DNA of 33,837 nt, taken from IMG/VR virus record IMGVR_UViG_3300049136_000130, positions 1 through 33,837 of that record. One strand, 5' to 3'. Below, one piece after another: positions 15,435 to 24,221 of this stretch (positions within the stretch are counted from its first letter, which is position 1; each line of letters starts with the position of its first letter). Below the pieces are notes generated by a model. The model worked only from the letters and a program-made list of their open reading frames with translations, was not told the DNA's origin and did not search any database. Source of the stretch: a virus. Taxonomy: Duplodnaviria; Caudoviricetes. The translations under genes and the position numbers were made by a program.

Positions 15435-16802
15435 ATGTCTCGTTACACCCGCTTCCTCACGGTCGCGGCACTCGCTGCCGTGGCCGTGTTCTCTGTGTCT
15501 GGGGCATACGCCATGGGCGATGTGGTTCAGGCCGCTTCGTCCCTTCAGGTTGCTGCTCCGTTTGCCCTTGCGGCAGCCAGCGCAGTGAGCTTCCCCCGCG
15601 CCATCACGGCGCTCGGCGTCCGTGCCGATGCCTCCGATCCCAAGGCCATGATCGCGGCCCTTCAGAGCGCCTTCGAGGAGTTCAAGAAGAGCCACGATGA
15701 GAAGCTGAAGGCCAAAGCCGACGTTGTGGTGGACGAGAAGGTCCAGCGCATCGACGCAGCGGTCGGCAACTTCCAGGCTGCCATTGACGAGATTAACGCC
15801 AAGATCGCTTCGGCGAACCTCGGTGCTGGTGTCATTGGCGACCTGCCGGCTGATCCTGAGTACGTGAACGCCTTCAAAGCTCACATGCGCAAGGGCGAGA
15901 TCCAGGCTGCCATGACCAAGGGCGCTGACGCCGATGGTGGCTATCTTGCTCCGGTCGAATGGGATCGTACCATCACCGGCAAACTCAAGCTGGTGTCTCC
16001 GATCCGCGCCAACGCCCGGGTGATTGCGATTACCTCGGCAGGCTTCAAGAAGCTGTTCACGGATCGCGCGGTCGGCTCTGGCTGGGTCGGTGAAACGGCC
16101 TCTCGTCCGGCTACCAGCACGCCGCAGATCGGGCAGCTCGACTTCCCGCTTGGCGAGATCTATGCAAATCCGGCGATCTCGCAGCAGCTGCTAGACGATG
16201 CTGCAATCAATCTCGAACAGTGGCTTGCCGACGAGGTTGAGACCGAGTTCGCCCGTCAGGAGGGCATTGCCTTTCTCTCCGGCGATGGGGTGAATAAGCC
16301 TCATGGCATCCTGACCTATGTCACCGGTGGCACGGCGGCGGCTCGCCATCCTTGGGGCGCCATTCAGACCGTCAACAGCGGTGCGGTAGCGGCGTTTACG
16401 GCGGACGGCTTCATCGATCTGTTCTACAGTCTGCCGAGCGAGTTCCGCGCGAATGCCAAGCTCTACACAAGCCGTGGGGCACAGGCTGCCATGCGCAAGC
16501 TGAAGGACGGCCAAGGTAACTTCCTCTGGCAGCCGTCGTTTGCTGCTGGCCAGCCTGCCACTCTCGCGGGCGAGCAGATCGTGGAGATCCCCGATATGCC
16601 GGCTGTCGGCGCGGGCGCTGTCTCGGCGCTCTACGGCGACATGGACGCCACGTTCCTCGTGGTGGACCGGATCGGCATCCGCGTGCTGCGCGATCCCTTC
16701 ACCAACAAGCCCTTCGTGCACTTCTACACCACGAAGCGCGTCGGTGGCGGCGTCTATAATCCTGAGCCCATGCGGGCACTTGTGGTAGCGGCCAACGCCT
16801 AA
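15435..16802 (+). CDS. HK97-fold major capsid protein with hydrophobic N-terminal extension
   Basis: DGGYLAPVE, WVGET, AFLSGDGVNKPHGIL, LKDGQGNFLW, LRDPFTNKPFVHFYTTKRVGG; AAGGAG SD. Confidence 0.97.
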   Translation: MSRYTRFLTVAALAAVAVFSVSGAYAMGDVVQAASSLQVAAPFALAAASAVSFPRAITALGVRADASDPKAMIAALQSAFEEFKKSHDEKLKAKADVVVDEKVQRIDAAVGNFQAAIDEINAKIASANLGAGVIGDLPADPEYVNAFKAHMRKGEIQAAMTKGADADGGYLAPVEWDRTITGKLKLVSPIRANARVIAITSAGFKKLFTDRAVGSGWVGETASRPATSTPQIGQLDFPLGEIYANPAISQQLLDDAAINLEQWLADEVETEFARQEGIAFLSGDGVNKPHGILTYVTGGTAAARHPWGAIQTVNSGAVAAFTADGFIDLFYSLPSEFRANAKLYTSRGAQAAMRKLKDGQGNFLWQPSFAAGQPATLAGEQIVEIPDMPAVGAGAVSALYGDMDATFLVVDRIGIRVLRDPFTNKPFVHFYTTKRVGGGVYNPEPMRALVVAANA

Positions 16803-16828
16803 TCCGGCGGTAAAATCCAACGACAATC

Positions 16829-16852
16829 AGGGCCCCTTCTGGGGCCCTTTTT
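16829..16852 (+). terminator. Intrinsic terminator after capsid
   Basis: AGGGCCCC-TTCT-GGGGCCCT followed by T run. Confidence 0.9.
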
Positions 16853-16889
16853 GTAGGCGGACTTTTCACCCCTTTGAAGGAGAAAGACC

Positions 16890-17129
16890 ATGGCTACTAA
16901 GAAGATCGAGACCGCGACTGAGCCGAAGAAGGCGAATGTTGCCCCCGCGACTGAGTTCAGCCCGTCTGGTGCTCCGGTGCAGACCGTGTCCGACGTGGAT
17001 CCGTCTCATCCGGCAGTTGATGACAATCCTCGCGCCGATACGACTGAGGACCAGAACCGCATCGACTTCAACGATCCGACTTTGAGCGGGTCTGAGGCCG
17101 TCGAGAAGAACCTGAAGCAGGGCAAGTAA
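16890..17129 (+). CDS. Hypothetical head-region protein
   Basis: AAGGAG SD; DPSHPAVDDNPR...QNRIDFNDP. Confidence 0.8.
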   Translation: MATKKIETATEPKKANVAPATEFSPSGAPVQTVSDVDPSHPAVDDNPRADTTEDQNRIDFNDPTLSGSEAVEKNLKQGK

Positions 17130-17133
17130 GCTC

Positions 17134-17433
17134 ATGGCAGACGTCGTCATCACTCAACTCGGCCCGCTCTACACCCTACCTGAGGTGAAGGCCTATTTGC
17201 GCGTCGAGCATAGTGATGACGACGCGCTCATTCAGAGCATAATGGACGCTGCTGAAAAGCGCGTCCTGCAATACTGCAATATCAGCATCGTTCCGCCTGG
17301 AGCCGAGGCTGAGTTCAAGCTGGCGGCCATGATGGTGGTTGCGTCCGGATACGATCTCCGGGGTGCCGCAGCATTGGGGGTCCCTTTGGGAGCCCGCGAG
17401 AAGATCGACCCTTACCGGTGGCTGCGAGTCTGA
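17134..17433 (+). CDS. Head-tail connector (HK97 gp6-like)
   Basis: TLPEVKAYLRVEHSDDDALI, terminal PYR. Confidence 0.92.
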   Translation: MADVVITQLGPLYTLPEVKAYLRVEHSDDDALIQSIMDAAEKRVLQYCNISIVPPGAEAEFKLAAMMVVASGYDLRGAAALGVPLGAREKIDPYRWLRV

Positions 17434-17434
17434 C

Positions 17435-17809
17435 ATGCCCCTTCAGCTAGGATCTGTGACCGTCAGCATTCAGGGCGGCTACACCGTCACGACATTTGCG
17501 GACGGATTGGAAGTTCACGCCCAGCATGCGGAGCAGCCGGGCCAGGCGGAAACAGCGACGAGTCTCGGTTTCTCAAGTGTCGAAGGCATGAACAGAGAGC
17601 ACGATTCAGTTCATTCCTTGCTCTGCTACTGGCTCGGCCTGCCATGCTCCCCGACGCTTCGGGATGTGGCGACCGATACCCCAGCCTCGGAGATCCACTA
17701 CCACGAGGAACAAGCTGTGATGGCGGTCCAGCGGTTCGCCAATTCGGTCGGCGTCTCTCTGGTCGAGGTCGCCCGCAAGATTAGCAGGGGGAGCGTGATA
17801 GCTGGATGA
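17435..17809 (+). CDS. Hypothetical protein with His-rich motif
   Basis: NREHDSVHSLL...HYHEEQAV; start at ATG 17435. Confidence 0.7.
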   Translation: MPLQLGSVTVSIQGGYTVTTFADGLEVHAQHAEQPGQAETATSLGFSSVEGMNREHDSVHSLLCYWLGLPCSPTLRDVATDTPASEIHYHEEQAVMAVQRFANSVGVSLVEVARKISRGSVIAG

Positions 17810-18194
17810 TCTCCAATAGTCTGAAGTGGCTGAAGCTATGTTTCCTGCATGTCAACCTTTCGTCTCGTCATCACGAATGAACACGAGGCGGATGATCACT
17901 TCAGCGTCTGGATTTCTTAGTGGTTTCACCATCGGTGCTTTCCCGAGAGTGAACAGGGCAACGATAGTGAAGGCAATATGCAGTTTTGATGAGAGCACGG
18001 GAGCACCTGGGACGCAAAAACAGGTGCGGGATTTGCTCCCCAGACTCTGAATCAAACCTTTCTAGAAAAACAAAAAAATAGCTGTTCGCGTGGGGAACTT
18101 TTAGCCCCCATCGCAGGCGCCTAGGGCGGAGCTGAACTTCCCCCAATCTTATCCACATGCCCCTTCTCTAGGGACTATTTCAGACGGGTGTTCG

Positions 18195-18542
18195 ATGCCT
18201 TCTGCAGGTCAGTTGCGAGACAAGATTAGATTTCAACGTCGCGGCTCTGTCTCCGATGAATACGGCAACGAGGAAGCGGGGGCTTGGGAGGACGTGTTCA
18301 CGGTCTCTGCCAACATCGCGCCTGCGCGTGGTCGAGAGGAGGTTCTCGGTCAGCGTCTGCAAGGTGTTCGCCCGGTCGAGATCGCCGTGCGCTGGTCGAG
18401 CCAGACCGTGCAGATAGCCACTCATTGGCGAGCTGTGAACGCCCGCAACCCTGCTGAGCAATACAACATTCACGATATCCGCGACCCTGACGGAAAGCGG
18501 GCGTGGAACATCCTGACATGTACCTTGGGAGCACCGACATGA
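18195..18542 (+). CDS. Head closure / head-tail adaptor
   Basis: AGQLRDKIRFQR, DEYGN, W..V.TV.ANI. Confidence 0.9.
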   Translation: MPSAGQLRDKIRFQRRGSVSDEYGNEEAGAWEDVFTVSANIAPARGREEVLGQRLQGVRPVEIAVRWSSQTVQIATHWRAVNARNPAEQYNIHDIRDPDGKRAWNILTCTLGAPT

Positions 18543-18781
18543 AGTTCGTCAGATACACCCGCCGTTATGACTTCCGCCCGCGCCAATCGGTCGTTGTCGC
18601 CCGTAAGGAAGGCGACGAGGTGAAGATCACCGAGGCCGAGTACGAGGCCGCCAACGCAGCCGGTGCCGTGGAGATTATCAATGGCGAAAGTGCAGAACAG
18701 GCAACGGCTTCTGCGGAAACTGGCGGCACTGCCTCAGGAAGTAAAGGATCAAGTCGGCCCCGCAATTCAGCAAGGGGCTGA
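18539..18781 (+). CDS. Hypothetical neck-region protein
   Basis: ATGA coupling; MKFVRYTRRYDFRP; tail overlaps next gene by about 100 nt. Confidence 0.65.
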   Translation: MKFVRYTRRYDFRPRQSVVVARKEGDEVKITEAEYEAANAAGAVEIINGESAEQATASAETGGTASGSKGSSRPRNSARG

Positions 18782-19142
18782 CGAGATCGTTGCCATGCAG
18801 AAGCGCCTCGTGCCGAAAGACAGCGGGGCGCTTGAGCGTTCGATCAAAGCCGTCAAGGGCAAGGTCAACAAGCGGACGGCCGGTCTCTCTACCGGCGAGG
18901 TTCAGGGCGATCCTGACTTGTCCGTGACCATCGTGGCCGGCGACGAGACCGCCTATTACGCCAGATGGGTGGAGTTCGGCACGGCGCCGCATCAGAACGG
19001 CGGCATGTTCAAGGGCTCGCACAATCCAGGCGTCAGGGCTCGGCCCTTCTTTTACCCGCCTATCCGTGCCCTTCGGCGGCGGGTAAAATCCCGCATCACC
19101 CGAGCCACGCGCAAGGCCTCCCGAGAGATCGCTAACTCATGA
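18681..19142 (+). CDS. HK97 gp10-like neck/tail component
   Basis: PKDSGALERSI, YARWVEFGT, ARPFFYP. Confidence 0.93.
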   Translation: MAKVQNRQRLLRKLAALPQEVKDQVGPAIQQGADEIVAMQKRLVPKDSGALERSIKAVKGKVNKRTAGLSTGEVQGDPDLSVTIVAGDETAYYARWVEFGTAPHQNGGMFKGSHNPGVRARPFFYPPIRALRRRVKSRITRATRKASREIANS

Positions 19143-19543
19143 GCATCGAAGCCGCACTGCAAAAGGCTATCGTCGGCAAGCTCAGAAGCGATGCGGCTCT
19201 CTCCGCTATCCTGGCGGGCCGCGTGTATGATCGCGTTCCTGCCGGCGCGACACTGCCTTATGTTCACATTCGAAATATTCAGGCAGTGGACGATAGCGCC
19301 GACTGTATCGACGGCGCTGAGGTCTACATTGACCTTGATGTCTGGTCGAACGCGGTCGGCAAGATCGAAGCATCGCGGGCGGCAAGCGCGGTGCGGGCTG
19401 CCCTGAACCTCGTGCCCCTTTCACTCGATGAGCCATATGCTCTCGCAGAGATTGGGCACCGCGACACGAATATCGGCGACGGCGGCGATGCGCTGACTTC
19501 CCGCGCCCGCATGACCTTTCGCGCTCTCGTCGAGAGCGTCTAA
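19139..19543 (+). CDS. Tail terminator, DUF3168 family
   Basis: LQKAIVGKL, RVYDRVP..PYV, DVWS. Confidence 0.9.
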   Translation: MSIEAALQKAIVGKLRSDAALSAILAGRVYDRVPAGATLPYVHIRNIQAVDDSADCIDGAEVYIDLDVWSNAVGKIEASRAASAVRAALNLVPLSLDEPYALAEIGHRDTNIGDGGDALTSRARMTFRALVESV

Positions 19544-19569
19544 CCCCTGCCATATGAAGGAGAAACACC

Positions 19570-20016
19570 ATGGCGCAGGCCACTACACTTCCGTTTTCTG
19601 CGTTCAAGGTGCTGCTTGAGACAGACGTCGCTGGCACCTTCGCGGCTCCCTGCGGCCTGACGGAACGCTCCGTCACGTTCTCGAAAGAGACGAACGACAC
19701 CACGTCGATCGATTGCGACGACGAGGATGCGCCCTCTTGGGTAGATCGTGATGTCGTGTCGCTCTCTGCGTCCATCTCAGGCGAGGGCGTTATGGCCCGC
19801 GAGTCCCTGGAACTGTGGCGCGATGCCTTCACGACGACCGATACCGTGAACGCCCGCGTTGAGGTCGGTGGTACGGCGGCACAGGGCGGCGGTTACTGGG
19901 CGGGCAAGTTCCATCTGACCAGCTTCGAGCCGGGGGCAACGCGCGGCGAGCGCGTGTCTGTCTCGGTTGAGATGGCAAGCTCTGGCCCGGTTACCTGGGT
20001 GGATGCTGCCGCATGA
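19570..20016 (+). CDS. Tail tube (major tail) protein
   Basis: FAAPCGLT, DCDDEDAPSW, ISGEG, terminal SSGPVTW. Confidence 0.92.
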   Translation: MAQATTLPFSAFKVLLETDVAGTFAAPCGLTERSVTFSKETNDTTSIDCDDEDAPSWVDRDVVSLSASISGEGVMARESLELWRDAFTTTDTVNARVEVGGTAAQGGGYWAGKFHLTSFEPGATRGERVSVSVEMASSGPVTWVDAAA

Positions 20017-20444
20017 GCCGGAACGGTTCGGTAACACTGGATTGGGCGGATGGTGAACACACCTTCCGCCTTGCCATCGGTCAGCTGCGCGAGCTGCAGG
20101 AAACCATCAACAAGACTCGCGTGAAGCTCGGAGCCCCTCTCATCGGCCCGGCAAGCCTCTATAATCTCCTCGTCTCTCGGGAAGCCTGGATGCATGAGGT
20201 TCGTGAGGTCATGCGGCTTGGGCTGATTGGCGGCGGCATGCCGCCTATCGAGGCGGTCGACATTGTTCGCCGCTATGTCGAGGAACGCCCAATTGCCGAG
20301 AGCAGCGTCCATGCCGCCCTGGTCCTTGGAGCGGCCCTGTTCGGCACACCCGAAGAGGAACTCGACGAGGGAAAAGACAGCCCGGTGCGTCAGGATCAGA
20401 CAGCATCCGATTTGCCGGGTTCTATGGCTGGGGAGCTGTCCTAG
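20013..20444 (+). CDS. Tail assembly chaperone (G-like, GTA-gp10-like)
   Basis: WADGEHTFRLAIG, VREVMRLGLIGGGM; between tube and tape measure. Confidence 0.88.
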   Translation: MSRNGSVTLDWADGEHTFRLAIGQLRELQETINKTRVKLGAPLIGPASLYNLLVSREAWMHEVREVMRLGLIGGGMPPIEAVDIVRRYVEERPIAESSVHAALVLGAALFGTPEEELDEGKDSPVRQDQTASDLPGSMAGELS

Positions 20445-20590
20445 GCTGGACCCCACGACAGATTGACGATCTCAGCCTCTGGGAGTTCCGAGCGGCTGTG
20501 AGCGAGTACGCAAAAGCCCACGATCCGAAGGCTGAGAAAGCGCTCAGTTCGACCGAAGAAGACGTCCTCTGGCGTTGGATGACGGAGTAA
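20369..20590 (+). CDS. -1 frameshift extension of tail chaperone (GT-like C-terminus)
   Basis: Slippery G-GGA-AAA at 20369-20375; -1 frame open for 73 codons encoding LGWTPRQIDDLSLWEFRAA, stop TAA 20588-20590. Confidence 0.85.
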   Translation, partial: GKRQPGASGSDSIRFAGFYGWGAVLGWTPRQIDDLSLWEFRAAVSEYAKAHDPKAEKALSSTEEDVLWRWMTE

Positions 20591-20595
20591 CGGCC

Positions 20596-22542
20596 ATCGC
20601 TACCGATGTAGAAAGACTCGTCGTCTCCCTGGAGGCGAGCGCGAAGAAATTCGAGAACGCCATGAACCGGGCCGTTGGGGTGACGAACAACTCCATAAGC
20701 CGGGTGGAGCGGCGGACAGCGCAAGCGACGCAGCGCATCAACCAGACCTTCAGCCGGATGGGCACCACCCTGAAGGCGAGCATGGCCGGTATCTTCGCGG
20801 GGCTGTCCGTTCAGCAGGTGTCACAGTTTGCGGATAGCTTCACGAAGGTCCAGAACGCGCTCAAGGTCGCGGGCCTCGAAGGGCGGGAGCTTGCTCGCAT
20901 CTATGAGCAGATTTTTGCCATCTCGCAGCGCCAGGCCGCTCCTCTTGAGGCGATGGCGACCCTCTACGGGCGCCTGAGCACGGCCCAGAACGAACTCAAC
21001 GTCTCTGGAACCGAGATGCTGCGGTTCACCGAACTCGTAGGCATGGCGCTTAGAGCCCAGGGCACCAGCGCCCAGGAAGCTTCGGGCGCCCTCTTGCAAC
21101 TGTCCCAGGCGCTCGGCGGCGGGAAAATTCAAGCGGAAGAGTATAACAGCCTTCTGGATGGCGCTCGGCCCCTCCTGCAGGCCGTCGCCGCGGGCATGGC
21201 TGAAGCAGGCGGATCGGTCGCAAAGCTCACGGCGCTCGTGAAAGACGGCAAGGTGTCGTCGGAAGCCTTCTTCCGTGCGGCTCTGGCCGGATATCCGCTG
21301 CTTGAGAAGCAATCCGCCTCTGCCGGGCTCACTATGGCCCAGAGCATGGGCAAGGCGCAGGACGCTCTCACGAACCTAGTAGGCAAGCTTGATCAGGCGC
21401 TTACAGCATCTAACAAAGCTTCGGGAGGGATGAATGGCTTTACGGAAGCCATCAACGGTATCGCGAACGCCGTCCCCGGCGCTATGGCGCAACTCGATAG
21501 CCTATATGAGAAGATGGCGAACATCGGTAATTCCGATATTTTCCGCCGCCTCAACGAGGGCTTAGAGAGCATAGGCCTCTCAGGGATGAACGGGGTCGAG
21601 AAGCTCAACCGCTTCGATCAGGTGTTTGGGGCCAAGGGGAACGCTGGCAGCATGGCAGGCTATAAGCCTGGTGCGCAGACATCCCCCGCGGCAACACCCG
21701 CAATCACGCCGATCCGAAACGCAGACTATGCCGTCCCCGGCACCGAGAAGGGCGGCGGCAAATCTTCCCGCGACCGCATCAACGAGTATCAACGCGAAAT
21801 CGAAGCCATTCAACAGCGCACCCGTGCTCTCGATGCTGAGCAGCAGACCATCGGACTATCGGCTGGTGAGACAGCTAAGGCAGAGGCAGCCTTCCGCCTG
21901 CTTGAGGCTGCGAAGGAAGCCAACGTCGAAGTCACACCGGCACTGAGGGCTCAGATCGACAAACTCGCCGCAGCCTATGGTGAGGCCACGCAGAAGGTCG
22001 AAGAGGCACAGGCCGCTCAAGAGGCTGTTGCCGAAGCTGCAAGGGAGTTCGGTCAAACGCTCTCCGGTGCTTTTTCCGATGCAATCTTTGAAGGCGAGAA
22101 GCTCGACGAGATCGGGCGCAGGCTTGCCAAGACCTTCGGGGCACGCGCCCTCGACAATCTATTCGGGCTGCTCTTCGGCGGCACGGGGCGGGCTGGCGGA
22201 GGCCTCCTCGATGGGCTTCTAAAGGCTTTCATTCCCGGCAAGGCTGGGGGCGGCATGGTCAACGCGATGCAGCCTTACGAGGTAGGTGAGAACGGGCGTG
22301 AGTTGTTCGTGCCGACAACACCGGGCCGGATCGTCCCCCATGGGAAATATGGTGGGGGAGCTATGCAGGTGGTGGTTAACAACAACGCAGGAGCGCAAGT
22401 CTCAACCCGCCAGGTGCAGGGTCCGCGAGGCCCACGCCTTGAGGTGCAGATCGAGCAGATGCTTGGCGGCATGGTCGCGAACGGTGGTCTCGACAAGGCG
22501 CTCAAGCAGCGGTTTGGCGTCAACCCCATGGGTGGCCGCTGA
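20596..22542 (+). CDS. Tape measure protein (apparent ATC start)
   Basis: ATDVERLVVSLEAS N-terminus, tape-measure domain ALLQLSQALGGGKIQAEEYNS, C-terminal VGENGRELFVP. Confidence 0.93.
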   Translation: MATDVERLVVSLEASAKKFENAMNRAVGVTNNSISRVERRTAQATQRINQTFSRMGTTLKASMAGIFAGLSVQQVSQFADSFTKVQNALKVAGLEGRELARIYEQIFAISQRQAAPLEAMATLYGRLSTAQNELNVSGTEMLRFTELVGMALRAQGTSAQEASGALLQLSQALGGGKIQAEEYNSLLDGARPLLQAVAAGMAEAGGSVAKLTALVKDGKVSSEAFFRAALAGYPLLEKQSASAGLTMAQSMGKAQDALTNLVGKLDQALTASNKASGGMNGFTEAINGIANAVPGAMAQLDSLYEKMANIGNSDIFRRLNEGLESIGLSGMNGVEKLNRFDQVFGAKGNAGSMAGYKPGAQTSPAATPAITPIRNADYAVPGTEKGGGKSSRDRINEYQREIEAIQQRTRALDAEQQTIGLSAGETAKAEAAFRLLEAAKEANVEVTPALRAQIDKLAAAYGEATQKVEEAQAAQEAVAEAAREFGQTLSGAFSDAIFEGEKLDEIGRRLAKTFGARALDNLFGLLFGGTGRAGGGLLDGLLKAFIPGKAGGGMVNAMQPYEVGENGRELFVPTTPGRIVPHGKYGGGAMQVVVNNNAGAQVSTRQVQGPRGPRLEVQIEQMLGGMVANGGLDKALKQRFGVNPMGGR

Positions 22543-22907
22543 TGGCTCTTCCTGTCTGGCCTGCAACCCTGCCGCATAACCCGTCCTCGTTCAGTCTCGG
22601 CGAGCCTCACCGGGGAGTTCTTGAGAGCGAGATGGCGGGCGGCAACGTGCGTGCCCGGCGTCAGTTTACGACCGTGATCGGCGTCGTGGATATGACGCTG
22701 CGCATGACCACATCCGAGTTTCTGACCTTCAAGGCCTTCGTGCGTGATACGCTCTCGCATGGGGCCGCCGAGTTCACCATGCCGGTCTGGGATCTCACCG
22801 GGTGCCCGGCTCGCCGGGTCAGGCTCCGCAATAAAGGTCAGTATACGGCGGCCCGGACAGGCGCCCGCATTCTCGTGTCCTTCTCTCTCGATGTTTGGGA
22901 TCTTTGA
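22542..22907 (+). CDS. Distal tail/minor tail protein
   Basis: WPATLP..ESEMAGGNVRARRQFT; directly after tape measure. Confidence 0.8.
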   Translation: MALPVWPATLPHNPSSFSLGEPHRGVLESEMAGGNVRARRQFTTVIGVVDMTLRMTTSEFLTFKAFVRDTLSHGAAEFTMPVWDLTGCPARRVRLRNKGQYTAARTGARILVSFSLDVWDL

Positions 22908-23443
22908 TGCCCATCAGTGCAACCCAGGCTTGGGCCGAGGCGGCGGCCTCCGCGCCCAAGGATGAGGTCATGCTCATCACCATAGAGCTGATCCATCCGG
23001 CCTTTGTCGAGAACGGCGCTCCGGCTCCAATCCGAGCGGTGAGGAACACGGTCGACACAGCCTTTCGCCTCGAGGCAGAGGCTCCTATCGGGGGCGGCAC
23101 GGTCGTCCCGTTCAAGGCCATTCCCTTTGAAATCGACTATCCCCGCATAGGCCAGCTTGGGGCCGAAGCCACGATCCGGCTCGACAACGTGAACCGGGAG
23201 GCCTCGCGCTATCTGGCGGAAGCCGTGAAGATCAACACGCCGATCACCGCCATTTTCCGCGGCTATCTGGCGAGCGATCCGAACACGGTCGGGCAGGGGC
23301 CTTACCGCCTGGTCCTGCGCAACGTGAAGCGCAGCGGCCGGCTGCTTGAGGGCTCGCTCTCCATCGCCAAGCCGCAGAACCTCCGGGTGCTGCGTGAGAT
23401 TTACGATATGGTCCGCTTCCCAAGCCTCCTGGCGGTATCGTGA
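22907..23443 (+). CDS. DUF1833-like tail tip protein
   Basis: EAAASAP..ITIELIHP, IRLDNV, YLASDP, terminal FPSL. Confidence 0.8.
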   Translation: MPISATQAWAEAAASAPKDEVMLITIELIHPAFVENGAPAPIRAVRNTVDTAFRLEAEAPIGGGTVVPFKAIPFEIDYPRIGQLGAEATIRLDNVNREASRYLAEAVKINTPITAIFRGYLASDPNTVGQGPYRLVLRNVKRSGRLLEGSLSIAKPQNLRVLREIYDMVRFPSLLAVS

Positions 23444-23592
23444 TGTGGGACCTCTTACAGGATGCGACCTGCTGGAAGGGCTGGGCTTTCGGCGCCATCG
23501 CTACGATCTTCGGCGGCTTTTTGCGCGGTGGCATTAAGATCCTCGTTAACGCTCGGCTCCGGTCCAAAGGTACGGGGGTGCTCAATGACTGA
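23443..23592 (+). CDS. 49-aa single-TM protein not in ORF track
   Basis: TGATG-coupled start, MWDLLQDATCWKGWAFGAIATIFGGFLRGGIKILVNARLRSKGTGVLND, stop overlaps NlpC start. Confidence 0.55.
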   Translation: MWDLLQDATCWKGWAFGAIATIFGGFLRGGIKILVNARLRSKGTGVLND

Positions 23593-24010
23593 CCGTCTCG
23601 CGTTTCTCGAAAGCCTGATCGGCAATCCCTACAAGATCGGAGCACGTGGACCGGAGGCATTCGACTGCTACAGCCTTGCCCGCCACATCCAGACTCAGTT
23701 GGCAGGCGTGTCCATGCCTGATGTCGAGTTTGCCGAGCCCACGACCCGCGCACAAGCCGAGGCCATGCTCTCGCATCCCGAACGGCAGGCATGGGAGGAG
23801 GTGCCGGAAGGCGAGGCGAAGGATCTCGATCTCGTGCTGATGGGCAACGTCGCCAAGCGCGACTTCCATCTCGGCACCTACATCACCCTGACCACAGCCG
23901 GGGCGATCATTCACATCGACCGCAGCGCTGGCGTGGTCGTAGACGACATTCCGGCTCTCCGGGCTTCAGGCTATAACCATCTCAGGTTCTGGAGGCGGAA
24001 GAATGTCTGA
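23585..24010 (+). CDS. NlpC/P60-family tail protein
   Basis: GNPYKIGARGPEAFDCYSL, HLG, IIH catalytic pattern. Confidence 0.9.
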   Translation: MTDRLAFLESLIGNPYKIGARGPEAFDCYSLARHIQTQLAGVSMPDVEFAEPTTRAQAEAMLSHPERQAWEEVPEGEAKDLDLVLMGNVAKRDFHLGTYITLTTAGAIIHIDRSAGVVVDDIPALRASGYNHLRFWRRKNV

Positions 24011-24218
24011 TCTTAAAACGGGCGAGCCTCTAACGGTCGGCCATCTCCTAGATGAACTCGCAAAGTATGAGCGCAACCGGGTTGTCGTGCTTGAACTAGA
24101 CGGTGAGGAGCGCACCGTCATTGAGGCCCCACTCATCTGTCATATGAAGCATAGCCGCCAGGTATATGGCGAGGATCGCAACATTCTTTTGATCCGCATT
24201 GAGACTAGCGACCCCTAA
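24003..24218 (+). CDS. Hypothetical protein inserted in tail tip operon
   Basis: 71 aa, LTVGHLLDEL motif, lower GC, GGAGG SD. Confidence 0.65.
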   Translation: MSDLKTGEPLTVGHLLDELAKYERNRVVVLELDGEERTVIEAPLICHMKHSRQVYGEDRNILLIRIETSDP

Positions 24219-24221
24219 TCC

